Assembly (NCBI GenBank): GCA_002633005.1
Contig: NMRA01000155.1
Span: 133,779 to 177,038 of the forward strand
Length of the DNA: 43,260 nt
Direction: 5' to 3'
DNA from: Phoronis australis
Taxonomy: Eukaryota; Animalia; Phoronida
Position 1 is the first letter of the stretch; each line of letters begins with the position of its first letter. The notes below the pieces were generated by a model that was not told the origin of the DNA, searched no databases, and was given only the letters and a program-made list of their open reading frames with translations. Below are positions 1 through 11,994 of the stretch, one piece after another. The position numbers and the translations under genes were made by a program.

Positions 1-817
1 GTGGCTCGAAAACTGATCAGACATCACGAACATAAACCAGCCAAAGTTCAAAGGAAACTAAACTTCCAGTCAAGAAAATACTATATTAGTGAGCCACAGT
101 AATGTGCACGTGATTATGTTGGTCAATTAGCCACGAAACTGCAAATCTACTTACGCGTCGGGGGCCGCGAATTCAGGTTCCGCTTTGGCCACAGCACCGT
201 CAGGGCAGAAGCTGTACATTGACAATCATTATTTGAGTAATGTAAATGTAAATAAAGATTCCCCTAACACCTGGCCGTGGGATGGAAATCGAGTTGTTTC
301 ACAACAGTTTCTGCCAGCAAACATAGCATGAGCTCACACGGCCTCGGTGTCCCGTCAATTAGTTTTATTGCACCTAAGGCTAAAGCCGGTAACGCAGTGA
401 TTTATTCATTGCTGGCTTCACAAATCATTTGCACTCACGAACACTCCAAAGGCATTACAAATTGCATCTTATGAGACAGACTTTGTTTCAGTTTTATATG
501 AGTATTGTTTAGGGTGAGAATAATTCATTTTGAAACAGAACGCTCAGTAATAAACGCCAACTAAAACAGGCAATTAGCAATCCCGACTTAGGACGAGCTA
601 GAGCTCATCAGTCCCCGACTACGCAGGTGGATCGTTAAGTTTTACAGGCTATCAATTCGAAGAGGAATGCAGTGATGAAGAAATACTCGAGGGGCGCCGT
701 GAACAAGCTCAGACAACGGAACGTATGGAGTTCTTTGGTAAGCCGGCATTCGTGAGGCACTGTCGACGTCTGCAGGCCACAGACACGGAGTTGTTTCACG
801 GCCTCATACTTGCTATT
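1..817. mobile_element. Partial copy of the Kolobok-like element family (same orientation as 3860-4700), cut at N818
   Basis: 1-190 matches the reverse complement of about 5686-5880; 450-817 matches about 4034-4399 with only a few mismatches. Confidence 0.8.
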
Positions 818-888
818 NTGGTATATGTATTTTGCTTCTTCTCTGAAAATTGTCTTACCTCACGTAACTTCTCACTGTATTTTCCAAG

Positions 889-1041
889 AAATCTTCACGA
901 TGCGACAAAGTACCGATGGCAATACAAAGAGGACCCGTCGTCGGGAAACTGGACATCATTTACTGGTGAAGATAATGACGGTCTCGAGAATGCTTTTCGT
1001 GATCCCCAGTGTGACCGTCACAGGGTGACATTGAGCACTGG
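889..1041 (+). CDS. Gene A exon: CCCH5 His plus first half of WWE1 (NLHDATKYRWQYKEDPSSGNW...)
   Basis: ttccaag acceptor, gg|gtaatt donor, phase 2/2, 153 nt, same size as gene B exon 34259-34411. Confidence 0.88.
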
Positions 1042-4000
1042 GTAATTAAAGCAATTTATTTTGTTCTACAGTACTTCGAGTAGTATGGCCTACAGTTTGG
1101 ACTTCCATTCTTGTCTTAGGAAAAATATCAAAATGCATGGCGTACTTGGAAAATTTATCGTGACACAGCTTTGGGGGAGAATTTTCAAAAATATCTAGCA
1201 TGTGACGTCTGAGTCTCTCAATCCAAGATCCTCTGATCCACAAAGCGGACTAACTCGATCATTCGTGTACTCTACATGTAGTAACAAGTAGCAACAAGAA
1301 ATACCATATTGTTTCAAGCTGCTTCGTTCACAATAATTGGCTTCTAGAATTTGAATTCAAGTGTCATGATCGAAGCATTTCGATAAGCGTACCTACATGT
1401 ACATGTAAGTGAAAACTGAATTATGAGGTCTGAACATGCGCCTGTGTTCCTGACATGCTTGTATAAATCTATGTCCACATGCATTTCTAGAGCTCCAAAA
1501 TTACCGGCACATGTTGATTTTGTCAGCATGAAGTTGACCAGTGGTCCAATCGGTTCTTATAAAGTGAGACGTTTGAGCACCACAGCAATACTGAAAGCAC
1601 CATCGAGTAAATCGAAAGTGGCCACTACGTGGGGCTGGTACTGGAAGGATGTAGACGGCAAGTTCGTTATGTATGGTCAAAAGGTATGAATATGAACTAA
1701 TTGGTCCTGAGCGTGCATAATGATTATTATTTTCACAGGCTTTCGACGTCACATCCGTCACTGCAGCAATTGCCATGACAATGTTTTCATTGTCACACTC
1801 GGCGAAACGGCAGTAGCCGCAAACCGGCAGGCGGGTTATTAATGCAGTTCATGTACACACACTTAAACGAGATCATGTAGACAGTTTGCTGTCATACGAG
1901 AGGAACAAAATTCCTAAATTTTCCCTCATAGTTCAATTTTCAAGAAATTTGTCACTTTAATTTTAACATTAAGTTGGTCAATCGTAAGTTGATCAAAAAA
2001 AATGAAAGTAGTCTTGGGAAATTAGTGTACTAAAATTTTGTCTGCTTCAAAACTGGCCCATGTTTTGTCGTGTTTGTCAACTCCCAAAGAGATGCCTAGT
2101 AAAATTTGGAAAACACCAGTGGCGGATTTAGAGGGGGGAGGGTTAAGGGGGCCATGCCCCCCCCCCTAAAATTCTCCCAGATTCCATTTGCCATTTCGGT
2201 AGTGCGAATGTCTGACGGGAAAAATCCTGACTAATACTCTGCCCTGGCCCCCCTTACTCAAAATTCCAGATTCGCCCCTAAACACGTTCCTTAATTATAT
2301 TTAGAGTAGAAAATGCGATAGAATTGGTCATAAACCATTTATTATTCAACTGTATGGGTTAGGTGGATGTGAAATGACAGACCTTTACGCTTGTGTAAGA
2401 GCCTCTTAAAAGAGTATATTGATGCGTAGGATACTAAATGCCTGACCTTAGTGGAAGGGTAGGCATACATGTAAGTCCCTTACTAAACAGTGATTCCAAC
2501 ACCACTGGGGTTCTAAAAGTTAGCATCTACTTCTACCTAAACTAAGAACCTTTTGGAAATGAAATAGTTAATTTCCTTTATGACTTCTTTAATAAGAACG
2601 ATCAAGATGAAATATATGTATAATATCAGACAATGAGATGTAATTCCACTGTCAAGATTATGGATAAAACCTGGAAGCTTTGGAAGACTTAAAATGAAAA
2701 ATATGTCTGCTACATGGCATTTCTATTGAAAGAAGAAGGATTTTTGTGGTCGTTCTATAGCTTTTTTGGAAAATTAAATTTTGGACTTAGGTTTCTGAAC
2801 TTATGCCATCAAAGAAGCTATTTCTTGAACATGGAAAGAATTAAACAAAAATTCAATTCTGTGCATCGTTTATGCCAAGTTTCGTAAAATTATTGCTTGC
2901 ACACTAAAAACGCAAAATATATGCACAATAGTTTTGTGATTCGTAAATATTATGGACATGGACGTGACTTGAAATGGCTAGCATACCTTGATACATGTGT
3001 ACCTGTTACTTCTGATCAGTGGAGAATGTTTATTATGTGAAATTTACTCTTGATGGGAAGCTTCGATGGTTTCAGTTCAGGTCGCACCTCTTAGGCTGTG
3101 AAAACTGAAGTTGGTAATTATTATTGGTGTGCGTTTTGTAAGAGAGAACCTGAGACTTTGCTCCATTTATACTGACAGGGTGATATTGTTCAAAACGTTT
3201 GGGACACCATAGAGAAGTAAGTAAGAAATATCTCTCTGGCTACCGATACAGTTACAGTTCTATTTGGCAACTCATATGTAGAAACCTTCCTCTGCCAAAC
3301 GTAATTTTACGTCTTCCCCTTACATGAGCAACGTCTCAGTGATAGGCTAAATTTCCAAATTGAATTGTGGTTTCGCTCGAGTTGGTGTCTTTCTGAACAG
3401 GGTTTCACGAACACGTCACAGACATCTTCGGACGACATCGAAAAGGAGTTCCTGGCAAATCCAACCAGCGTCATGGAATTTCAAACTGATCAACACCAAT
3501 ACAAGCTTGACTTCACCACAATGATACAACGTAATATCACGTAGGTGTGCACGTATACTTTGCGTAGTGCTGCGCTTTAACAGCAACCACATGGGCAGCT
3601 TACCATAGGGGGCTGAGAGCTGCTATAGCTACCCGCTTATTTCTGTGCTGCGCCGCCCATGAACTACATGCATTTACAATACCCTCCTTACTCTTAGGAT
3701 TGCTCCAACACAATGGAATATTTGTGAAGCACACCACTCATGTAATATTCCTTTACAAAAAATGCACTACGAAAAACCGTTGACGATTATATGCAGTAGA
3801 TGGGTGATGCAGGATGCTAGTGACAGTAGATGGGTGATGCAGGATGCTAGTGACCTTAAGGAGCATGCCACCCGAAAAACAACCTAATTTGTATCAATTT
3901 AGGTCGAGTAGTTCTACTCCATAACGACACGTACGGTTGCGTTATCTGACACCTGATGGCAAACGGAGGTGTTGAAATTATCCAATGACGTCATCGGTTT

Positions 4001-7000
4001 CACACGCAGTCCGTTCAGCAGTTCACAACACAGGCATTACAAATTGCATCTTATGAGACAGACTTTGTTTCAGTTGTATATAAGTACTGTTTAGGGTGAG
4101 AATAATTCATTTTGAAACAGAACGCTCAGTAATAAACGCCAACTAAAACAGGCAATTCGCAATCCCGACTTAGGACGAGCTAGAGCTCATCATTCCCCGA
4201 CTACGCAGGTGGATCGTTAAGTTTTACAGGCTATCAATTCGAAGAGGAATGCAGTGATGAAGAAATACTCGAGGGGCGCCGTGAACAAGCTCAGACAACG
4301 GAACGTATGGAGTTCTTTGGTAATCCGGCATTCGTGAGGCACTGTCGACGTCTGCAGGCCACAGACACGGAGTTGTTTCACGGCCTCATACTTGCTATTA
4401 ACAGCGTACATTTCATTCTTCGCTACCATGAGCCACTTCCTAAGCATTTCGAAGTAAAAAAAAACGATATACCCGCTTTCCTTGCACCTGCTTAGTTCGG
4501 ACAAGCGGATGCGATGCACCGCAACATAGCGGCATTCACTCTGCATATGAACCACTGACGTCGCTAGCGTCGTTTCTCACCTTCCTCACAAGTTAACGCG
4601 ACACCTCTTGGCAAGGTAAGGTCGACCGCGTGCGAGGCGATGCGAATATAGAGCGATTAAGACGGCAAAAAAGACTAATTAAATCGGGTGGCATTCTCCT
4701 TTAAGGTATGAGAGTTTGTTAGTAAACAAGAGTATTCGTTTAAAACACAAGTCCAACTAATCCGATATAAAGGGATCTACCAGGACATAATTCCTGTAGT
4801 CAAGAATGTGACATTAAACACCGTATATGAGATTTTCTTTTCTAATTCGAGAAAGGCACAAAACTGAAGCACAATTAATTATTCGTAAGATTGCTTCTTC
4901 ATCAGAAAACTTTTGATTACGCATCCTTTCTGATTTTCCATACAATTCCATGACTGAATGCTATGTCAAAGAAAGGACGCTAAAGATCTCAGAAATATTT
5001 GTGCATAAAACGTAACTTGCCTTATGTAAGCAAACAGAACTGTTCCCTACATTCGTGTAGTATTGCAAAGATACTGTATATCGGTACCTCTATCTTACTC
5101 GAGAATGTGCGAGGCGCAGGCCGACTTCTAAAGCATGCTGACGGTCTCCAGCAATACCGATCTGTTAAAGGAGAATGCCACCCGATTTAATTAGTCTTTT
5201 TTACTGTCTTAATCGGTCTATATCCACATCGCCTCGCATACGGTCAACCTTACCTTGCCGAGAGGTGTCGCGTTAACCTGTGAGGAAGGTGAGAAACGAC
5301 GCAGCGGCGTCAGTGGTTCATTTGCAGAGCGAATGCCATGTTGCAAGGCATCGTTCCCGCTTGTCCGAACTATGCAACTGCGAGGAAAGCGGGTACATTG
5401 TTTTTTCGACTTCGTCTAAAGTCCGAAATGCTTAGAAAGTGGCTCGCGGTAGTGAAGAATGAAAAGTAAGCTGTTAATAGCAAGTATGAGGCCGCGAAAC
5501 ATCTGTGTCTGTGGCCGGCAGTCGACAGTGAGTCTGACGAATGCCGGCTTACCAAAGAATTATCCATACGTTCCGTTATCTGTGCATGTTCACGGCAACC
5601 CTCTACGTATTTCTTGATCACTGTATTCCGGTTCGAACTGATAGCCTAGCTGTGAAACTCAACAACTTCTGCCCTAACTATTCTTTGGCCAAAGGGGAAC
5701 CTGAATTCGCGGCCCCCGACGAGTAAATAGATTTGCAGTTTCGTGGCTAATTCACCATCATAATTAAGTGCACATTACTTCTTAGGATCACTAGTGTAGT
5801 ATTTCCTTGATTGAAAGTTTAGTTTCCAACTTTGGCAGGTTTATGTTCGTGAAGTCTTCAGTTCGGCCGCGACCCCACTGGCCTGATCGGGTTCAGACGA
5901 ACCGCTGGCCGGGATAACGAGTCGATCCAGCAGCGGCGGTCCTGATCGGGTTCCCAGCCACTGAAAAAGTTTCAAGTCTAAACAACACAGATCTAGGTTT
6001 TCCTGTCTGTATTTCACGGAAGAATGCTTCTGTTACGGTCTCCTTGGTAAATTAGGCTGCCGAACTTTGTAGGCTACGGTGTGTCCAAACACCAATAAAT
6101 CAGCAACAGCGAAATAAAACAACACGTTGATATAGGAACTCGGTGTATTTAAAGGGTTTTACAAAGAAGTTTGATGATTTATTGAGGTTAAACGATGATT
6201 TCAAGCGATAAGGTGACACCAGTAGCCCGTGTTGTGAACTGCTGAAGAGAGTGCGTGTGAAACCAATGACCTCATTGGATAATTTCAACACCTCCGTCTG
6301 CCGTCTGGTGTAAGGTAACGCAACCGAACGTGCCGTTATCGAGTAGAACTACTCGATCTAAATTGATACAAAATAGGTTGCTTTGGGGTGGCATGTTGCT
6401 TTAATCTTGTCAAAACTCAAAAAGTAATAGCACTTTCACAACGGAACGTTGTAAAAATCCAAAATTGATTCCTGTGATGAAAAACGGGTTTATAGCTGTT
6501 TGAAAAAATGAATTGTTCATTTAAAAACCGACGGCTTTTCTTTTTGGACCTCAGATCTCATGAGGGGTGTTATTTCCGCTGTCCACGAAGTTTCCATGAC
6601 GTTTCACATTCGCATGCTTCTCTCTTTAGTAAGTTCATATGTAATTACTCACCTATCTGTTAAAAACACGCTGTGGGTACACAAATACGACAGTCAGGCG
6701 GGACAAAGAGGCAAGTTTCTGCAACACCGGCGGTGAGTCAGATTGAAGTTTTTTACTCAACCTGGAGTGAGTTCTGAATTACTGGCAGAGTAGGAAAAAA
6801 CGCCATACTCATCTGGTGGATGTCATCATGGGGCTCAAGCACTGTCCACGATAAGCCTATGTTTTCTCGGAGAGCATCTCGAAGAAAACAGAATTGATCA
6901 CTGACTAAAACTAATTAAACGTTCTTGTATTTCCCGATCGTGTAAGATAACCTCAGAGCAAGTATTAAAAAGCGCAGGTAGACGCTCACCAATATTCTCA

Positions 7001-10000
7001 TCCTCTATGACTTGATCTCAACTTTTCTCATGCTCATTTTTCGAAAGCCAAGGTGGGTATGGCAAACTGTGATTGGTGTTGAATTTTGTCTGGCGATTTT
7101 TTCACGAATTGGATAGCTATATCCGGGTTTTCGAGATTTCACCTTGAACATTAATATCAAAGGGAATATTGTTATATTATAGCTGTCGTTTGCTGTGAAT
7201 ATACCCTTTCTGCTTATTTTTTTTAAAAGGACATCATCACGTGGCCATGTACTTTTAGAAAAAAATAAGCAAAATCAATGGATGATAGGTGTAAATAGAC
7301 AAATCAAGCTCTACCGTCTGCTTATCAGGTAGCCCTAAAATGTTACATTCAGCCATTTGTGAATTGAAACTTCAAAAGCGTTTTAAATGACAGAACTATT
7401 CAGTAATGTTCACATTTTTCACAGATACGAGACAGAGAGAGAAGTTCGTCGACGTCCAATAGATGTCCTAACCAGTGATGCTGACAATCTCCGGTGAGTA
7501 ATTAAGTAAATATACTTGTTTTTTAACTGTTGGTTAGTCATGTCCTTTAAGCACTAGCGTTGGTGGAAACCCAGAAATAATAAACTTGACTTTGCGTCGC
7601 TTTGTTCAAATGTAAGCCCAGTTGTTGGTTTGTCTGAGTCAATAGCTGCTAGTCCATCCAATGGACTACCCATGTGTTTGCATGTGTATCAATCTGCTTT
7701 TCACCTGTTGATCAACTTCCTTGCCTTTTCCTTTTATTGGTCGTTGCACATGTTAAGTGGTTGGCCAACCTATCGCTGGTGCACGTGAATCTTTAAATGG
7801 ACGATTTGTCGGCAGTGAACGGTTTACCTGAGAACAGACTTCTGGGTATTACTTTTGCTAGGATTGACAGCTCTTCTTTTCACCAACTAGCCTGTTAGTT
7901 GTGTTGACAAGTGCGTGAGGTATGGGTGGACCATTTTAACGCCACGTTTGCAATGCTGAAGAGGGGCGTAGCACTGACGCACTGTAAGTTACGGTATAGT
8001 GGGACGTGGGCGCACGTAGGCGCAGCCAACCACATTTTTAACATTTTAACGTAGCCCCTACGCACCGAAATATAAGTGACTGTATAGTGGGACGTAGTCT
8101 TCTTGATACGATAGTTTAAGGTATCGGTGCGCTGATACACTGCCAACAGCATTGTTGCAGAACATTTCAGCGCCAGGCATGCTTCGATGAGCTCATGATT
8201 AGCAAAACTCGGGTGTTATGTAAGTCGTTGAAAGTTAATAGCTCCGTTTTATTGAATGCACTACATCAACATTTCAAGTTAGCCAGTGAAAACAGAAAAG
8301 CTGATTCTTGAGATTGGAGCATGTTTGAGATTACTGCGATAATTGGAAAGTCAGAATCCTACACTGATGCACGATGTGCTAGAAGAGATGTCAAGCCTAT
8401 TTGTGGATCAGCAATGCTGAAGCACAACTATGCTACAAGCAGAAAAGCTTATTCGACGGATGGTTGTGTCCTTAGTCTACATGTACATTGTACATGTATG
8501 GTTGATAACATTCGCCACTCACTGACATGCGCTCAAGAGAAGAGGTTTGGGTCAATGGAAGTGGAGGAAACCCTTAAAGGGACAACCGTGACCACAATTC
8601 CTGGACAAGTTATTTAAAATGTTGTGAATTTGGAGAGGCGTTAACATGACAATGATGAGGAGTCATTTTGCTCTTTTCTGAGCATCTTGGACCCCAAAAC
8701 GTGGCCGATGAGATCTGGGATAAGACATGGCGAGCACGGAGTCAGGGGTTACCGTATCTGCGAAAGGTTTGGGCTGGTTGCCATAAGGGCAATCAGGGGA
8801 ATGCGTGAGTTGGTAGCAATGAAGGAGACGGTTAGAATAGACAACCTACCAAGTGCTCTGCTACAACTGGACCTCTGCATGAGACTCTTCCTTGCAGTAC
8901 AGCTGAATGTAAGCGAGGATTCAGGGAAATGAATCGGATTGTAACAGAGGCTCGCTCTTGCTTGCTATAAGAAACCAGCATCTGCTTGCTGTTTGGCAAG
9001 GTCAATGGTCCCCCGCTTTCCATGTTCAACCCACAACCATATGCCGAAACTTGGTGTCGAAAACACAGAACTACATGTACTGATAGTTCTCAGTCCAGAT
9101 CATGTAACTTGGAGAAGAAAAAGACTGCCGCCAAGAAAATTTGTGGAGGATTCTGTAACTAAACACTCTATCTTTGGATAGGTCAGTAGTACCTGGCATT
9201 TTACTATGTTTAAAACTATTGAAAAATAAAAACAGCTGCTTATTAGAAAGCTCTACGTGGAGTTTACGAATGTATATTAGCACAGGCACGTGGGCTCATT
9301 GTTCATGACGTTCAGCTCATTAATGAAACGTCAGTGCTTGTGTATAAACTGTGGAGCGTGCAAAGTAACATATGTTCGCCGAGCTAGGAAATTTTAGATT
9401 AATATTTCAAGATAAAGTAAAAATTACGGTGTTATACCATTGGCGGATAAAGGGGGCCCGCAGGACACACACAACAGGCGACTAAAAACGCCACCAGCAT
9501 ACCGTTTCTGAGCGTTACTAGCCTATTGTCCTTTATAATTGTGTTTGGGCCCCTATTCAGAGACCGATTGGAATGCACGCGGACCTCTGTCTTCTAATAT
9601 ATGTGGTTGAGCCCCCTTTCTGCGACATCATAGATCCGCCAAAGCAGACTTACAGTAAATACCCACCCGTGAGTGAAAAATTGGCCTACATGTTTGTGAG
9701 TCGGGTTTTTCGTGTTCAATGGGCTTTTTAAATTCAGGGCTCCATGCGATAGGCAGGCCTTTGGGCGCCTACTTACAGTACCTCTAATTTTACCAATACA
9801 CCACTGGTGTGATGGGAACAGAGTGACTTTGTGAGTGTTCTTTTTAGAATTATAGTAAATGCTCAACAAGGATAAATGGAAAGATTTCTTTCAACGGTTT
9901 TACTTCTTTCAGTTTCCAAGCGTTGTCGACCAAATCAATAGTCCCTAAGCACTGGACAGACATCGAGAGCGATGCTGACTTTAAACGTGTTTTGGTAGGT

Positions 10001-11811
10001 AAATACATGTATCTTAGCACTTCAAATGAAATCCTTCGTCGTAACCTTGTTGTCATATTACACGTACATGTACGTTGCCCCCACCGAATTAGTATTAAAG
10101 CAATGGTAAATTAAATTTTAACTTTTCAAACGAATACGCATTCTATTTGTCCTTCAAGTACTTGCCTTTGAAAGCGACTTCTCTCTATCTCAGTCTAGGC
10201 TCACTGCGAAGACCCATTGCTGGGACTCGCTTGCATACCAAAAGCACATTTCGGGATTAGTGTTGGACAGGAGGCTAACATTTTTGAAGTTATAAATTTT
10301 AACCAAAGTTTACAACTATAAAATTCATTGTGTCACTGTAATTTACATTGTATTACAAGCTGCCAATTCCTGCCATTGTCTGTCGAACACTATCTGACAT
10401 CAAGGACGATGATTGCACCATCAGTACGTTTGAGTACGACCGCGCTCGACGGCTCTAGGGCCGAGACCACCCTGAGGCTGTTCTCATATATGACTTTTCT
10501 GGACGATAAATGCCAGTACTCAAACGGAAATATCTCAATATTTTTTGTTGTTTATATAGATTGGACCATCCGGGAAAACAGAGCAGGAGTATAAAGAAAT
10601 TGAACAACTCTTCCTGCAGACGATGCCTCACACTAAGGTCACTAAGATCGAGCGAATACAGAACCCGGATCTGTGGGAGAAGTATTCACTGTAAGGACAT
10701 TTAGTATTTAATTAATACTTATACAAACTGATGTGCAGTCACGCCGGACGAATTTGGGTTATAAAAGATTAGAGATATGTTGCAGGAAGACTCTTTCCCT
10801 TTCACATGGAATTCCACGCTACAAATTGTCTTTCAATTTGACCTTAATTTCAAAGAATTTAGATGAGTCTTTAAGTAGGTTTATTTTGTAGGTAATTAAT
10901 ACAGTGTTTGTGCTCGGTAGAAAAATAAGTCCTACTTGTACGTATACGTGAATGCTCACTGGCTTAACTAGAGTGCCAACTTAATATAGTGAGAGTGACT
11001 GTTTGAATGATTTCATACCAGAATGGACAGTTTGAAGTCGAAAATATTTTTTTTTTGAAAGCACCTTGCTAGTTAAACATTTCGTTTAAATTGTCCATTC
11101 CTCAGTATTAGTCCAAGAAGGGGTGCTATGTACCCTCTTCGGTTGAATACACTAACTTTAAATTTAGCCGGTTAATTCCTACAAGGTCTATTTTAGCTTG
11201 TTCTTTACTTCTATTGGCCGGTGGTATTCTCCAGTGGACTTAGAACTGGCTTTGTGATCGTTTCACTTCTATTCTGATTAGGGAACAAGTTGAGTCAGGG
11301 ATATCAATCAAACGTAATTTTTTTACAAAGGGTAGTCCTTCTTTTGAGAAAAAAATGGGGCAACTAATCAAAAACTATGTCCAAGATAATTATTCATTGT
11401 GAATTGCACATTTGCAGTAAAAAGAATCAAATGGATAAAAAGAGCGATGCGAACGAAAAACGGCTGTTTCACGGGACATCGGGGTTTGCGATGGATGGCA
11501 TTTGTGAGCAAGGATTCGACTGGCGTCTTAAAGGTTCGCGCGTCGGCACCTTATATGGAGATGGGTCTTACTTTCACAAGGATGCGTCGTATTCCATGTC
11601 ATATTCCGACTGTAATGCAATGTTTCTGGCCAAGGTTCTGGTTGGTAGATACACCAATGGAGCTTCCGGCATGAAAAGACCGCCCCCTATTAGTCCCAGT
11701 GATCCTCACAAGCTGTACGACGCGGTTGTTGATGACGAGTCCGACCCCAAAATTCACGTGGTGTTTAATCATGAGCAGTCTTACCCAGAGTACATCATTA
11801 CTTACAATTGA
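889..11811 (+). CDS. PARP12: Gene A: PARP12/ZC3HAV1-like mono-ADP-ribosyltransferase, 5'-partial. join(889-1041,1491-1683,3401-3540,7425-7493,9913-9994,10560-10690,11418-11811); about 386 aa visible (end of CCCH5, WWE1, WWE2, PARP catalytic domain)
   Basis: All introns are GT-AG with compatible phases. Spliced translation has YRWQY..W..F (WWE1), VRRLST, WGWYWKD..G.F..Y (WWE2), REVRRRP, P.HW, IERIQN..LWEKY, LFHGT, GFDWR, YG.GSYF, MFLAKVLVG, RPP, YD..VD, QSYPEYII. Exon sizes mirror gene B (153, 140 and 131 nt are identical). The symbol means PARP12-like; orthology is not established. Confidence 0.9.
1491..1683 (+). CDS. Gene A exon: end of WWE1 and start of WWE2 (VDFVSM...VRRLST...WGWYWKD)
   Basis: tttctag acceptor, aag|gtatga donor, phase 2/0. 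Confidence 0.88.
2117..2280. mobile_element. Short MITE of the CAGTGGCGGATTTA family
   Basis: CAGTGGCGGATTTAG ... CAGATTCGCCCCT ends; relatives at about 18779-19185 and 20859-22514. Confidence 0.6.
3401..3540 (+). CDS. Gene A exon: WWE2 core (SSDDIEKEFLANP...YKLDFTTMIQRN)
   Basis: ttctgaacag acceptor, ac|gtaggt donor, phase 0/2, 140 nt, same size as gene B exon 30091-30230; not in the ORF track. Confidence 0.87.
3590..3661. mobile_element. Short copy of the CATGGGC MITE
   Basis: CATGGGCAGC ... GCGCCGCCCATG, flanks AACCA/AACTA. Confidence 0.55.
3794..3853. repeat. Perfect 30-bp tandem duplication
   Basis: CAGTAGATGGGTGATGCAGGATGCTAGTGA twice, immediately before the TTAA of the Kolobok-like element. 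Confidence 0.9.
3860..4700 (-). mobile_element. Non-autonomous Kolobok-like DNA transposon with THAP remnant (internally deleted)
   Basis: TTAA at 3856-59 and 4701-04; TIRs GGAGCATGCCACCCGA / TCGGGTGGCATTCTCCT; minus strand reads MLRCI..ACPN...GISFF...LRKWL...LRVCGL. Confidence 0.8.
5169..6400 (+). mobile_element. Non-autonomous Kolobok-like DNA transposon, 1232 bp, inverted relative to 3860-4700
   Basis: TTAA at 5165-68 and 6401-04; TIRs AGGAGAATGCCACCC / GGGTGGCATGTTGCT; THAP remnant IVPACPN...LFFRL...LRKWL at about 5338-5520. Confidence 0.82.
7425..7493 (+). CDS. Gene A exon: end of WWE2 (YETEREVRRRP)
   Basis: tttttcacag acceptor, cg|gtgagt donor, phase 2/2. Confidence 0.85.
7960..9810 (+). 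repeat. Composite dispersed repeat, copy 1 (intron of gene A)
   Basis: Collinear with about 21230-22665, e.g. CTGAGCATCTTGGACCCCAAAACGTG and ACCAAGTGCTCTGC.ACAACTGGACCTCTGCAT. Confidence 0.8.
9913..9994 (+). CDS. Gene A exon: start of PARP domain (VPKHWTD)
   Basis: ttctttcag acceptor, ttg|gtaggt donor, phase 2/0. Confidence 0.82.
10560..10690 (+). CDS. Gene A exon: PARP domain (EYKEIEQLF...IERIQNPDLWEKY)
   Basis: tttatatag acceptor, ct|gtaagg donor, phase 0/2, 131 nt, same size as gene B exon 27865-27995. Confidence 0.88.
11418..11811 (+). CDS. Gene A last coding exon: PARP catalytic core, H-Y-I triad
   Basis: tttgcag acceptor; LFHGT, GSYFHKDASYS, PKIHVVF, YPEYII; TGA at 11809-11811. Confidence 0.93.
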
Positions 11812-11988
11812 GCCTCAATGCGCGCATTCGTTGGAGGGAAAACGGCAATCTGGTAGAAGACAAACGGGACTAGTCGCCAGATAAAGGTTCTCTACACTGA
11901 CTAAAGGTGACGAATATTTCTGTGACCAAAAGCAAGCCAACTTTCAGCAATCTGCAGCCTGCTGTAACTAAATGCCGTATCACCTGAA

Positions 11989-11994
11989 AATAAA
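11989..11994 (+). promoter_or_regulatory. Candidate polyadenylation signal of gene A
   Basis: AATAAA about 180 nt after the stop codon, followed by T/GT-rich sequence. Confidence 0.4.

Noticed and set aside
6661-6733. Extra gene A exon ending cg|gtgagt
   Set aside because: No convincing acceptor, no counterpart in gene B, and 3540 joins 7425 to complete the WWE motif
11377-11417. ORF-track N-termini such as MSKIII and MPTSFP (25920-25954) as protein starts
   Set aside because: Intronic sequence before clear AG acceptors; the PARP domain begins in earlier exons
11418-11811. Poly-ADP-ribose polymerase (PARP1 or tankyrase type)
   Set aside because: The third triad position is Ile, not Glu, and the domain layout is PARP12/ZAP-like
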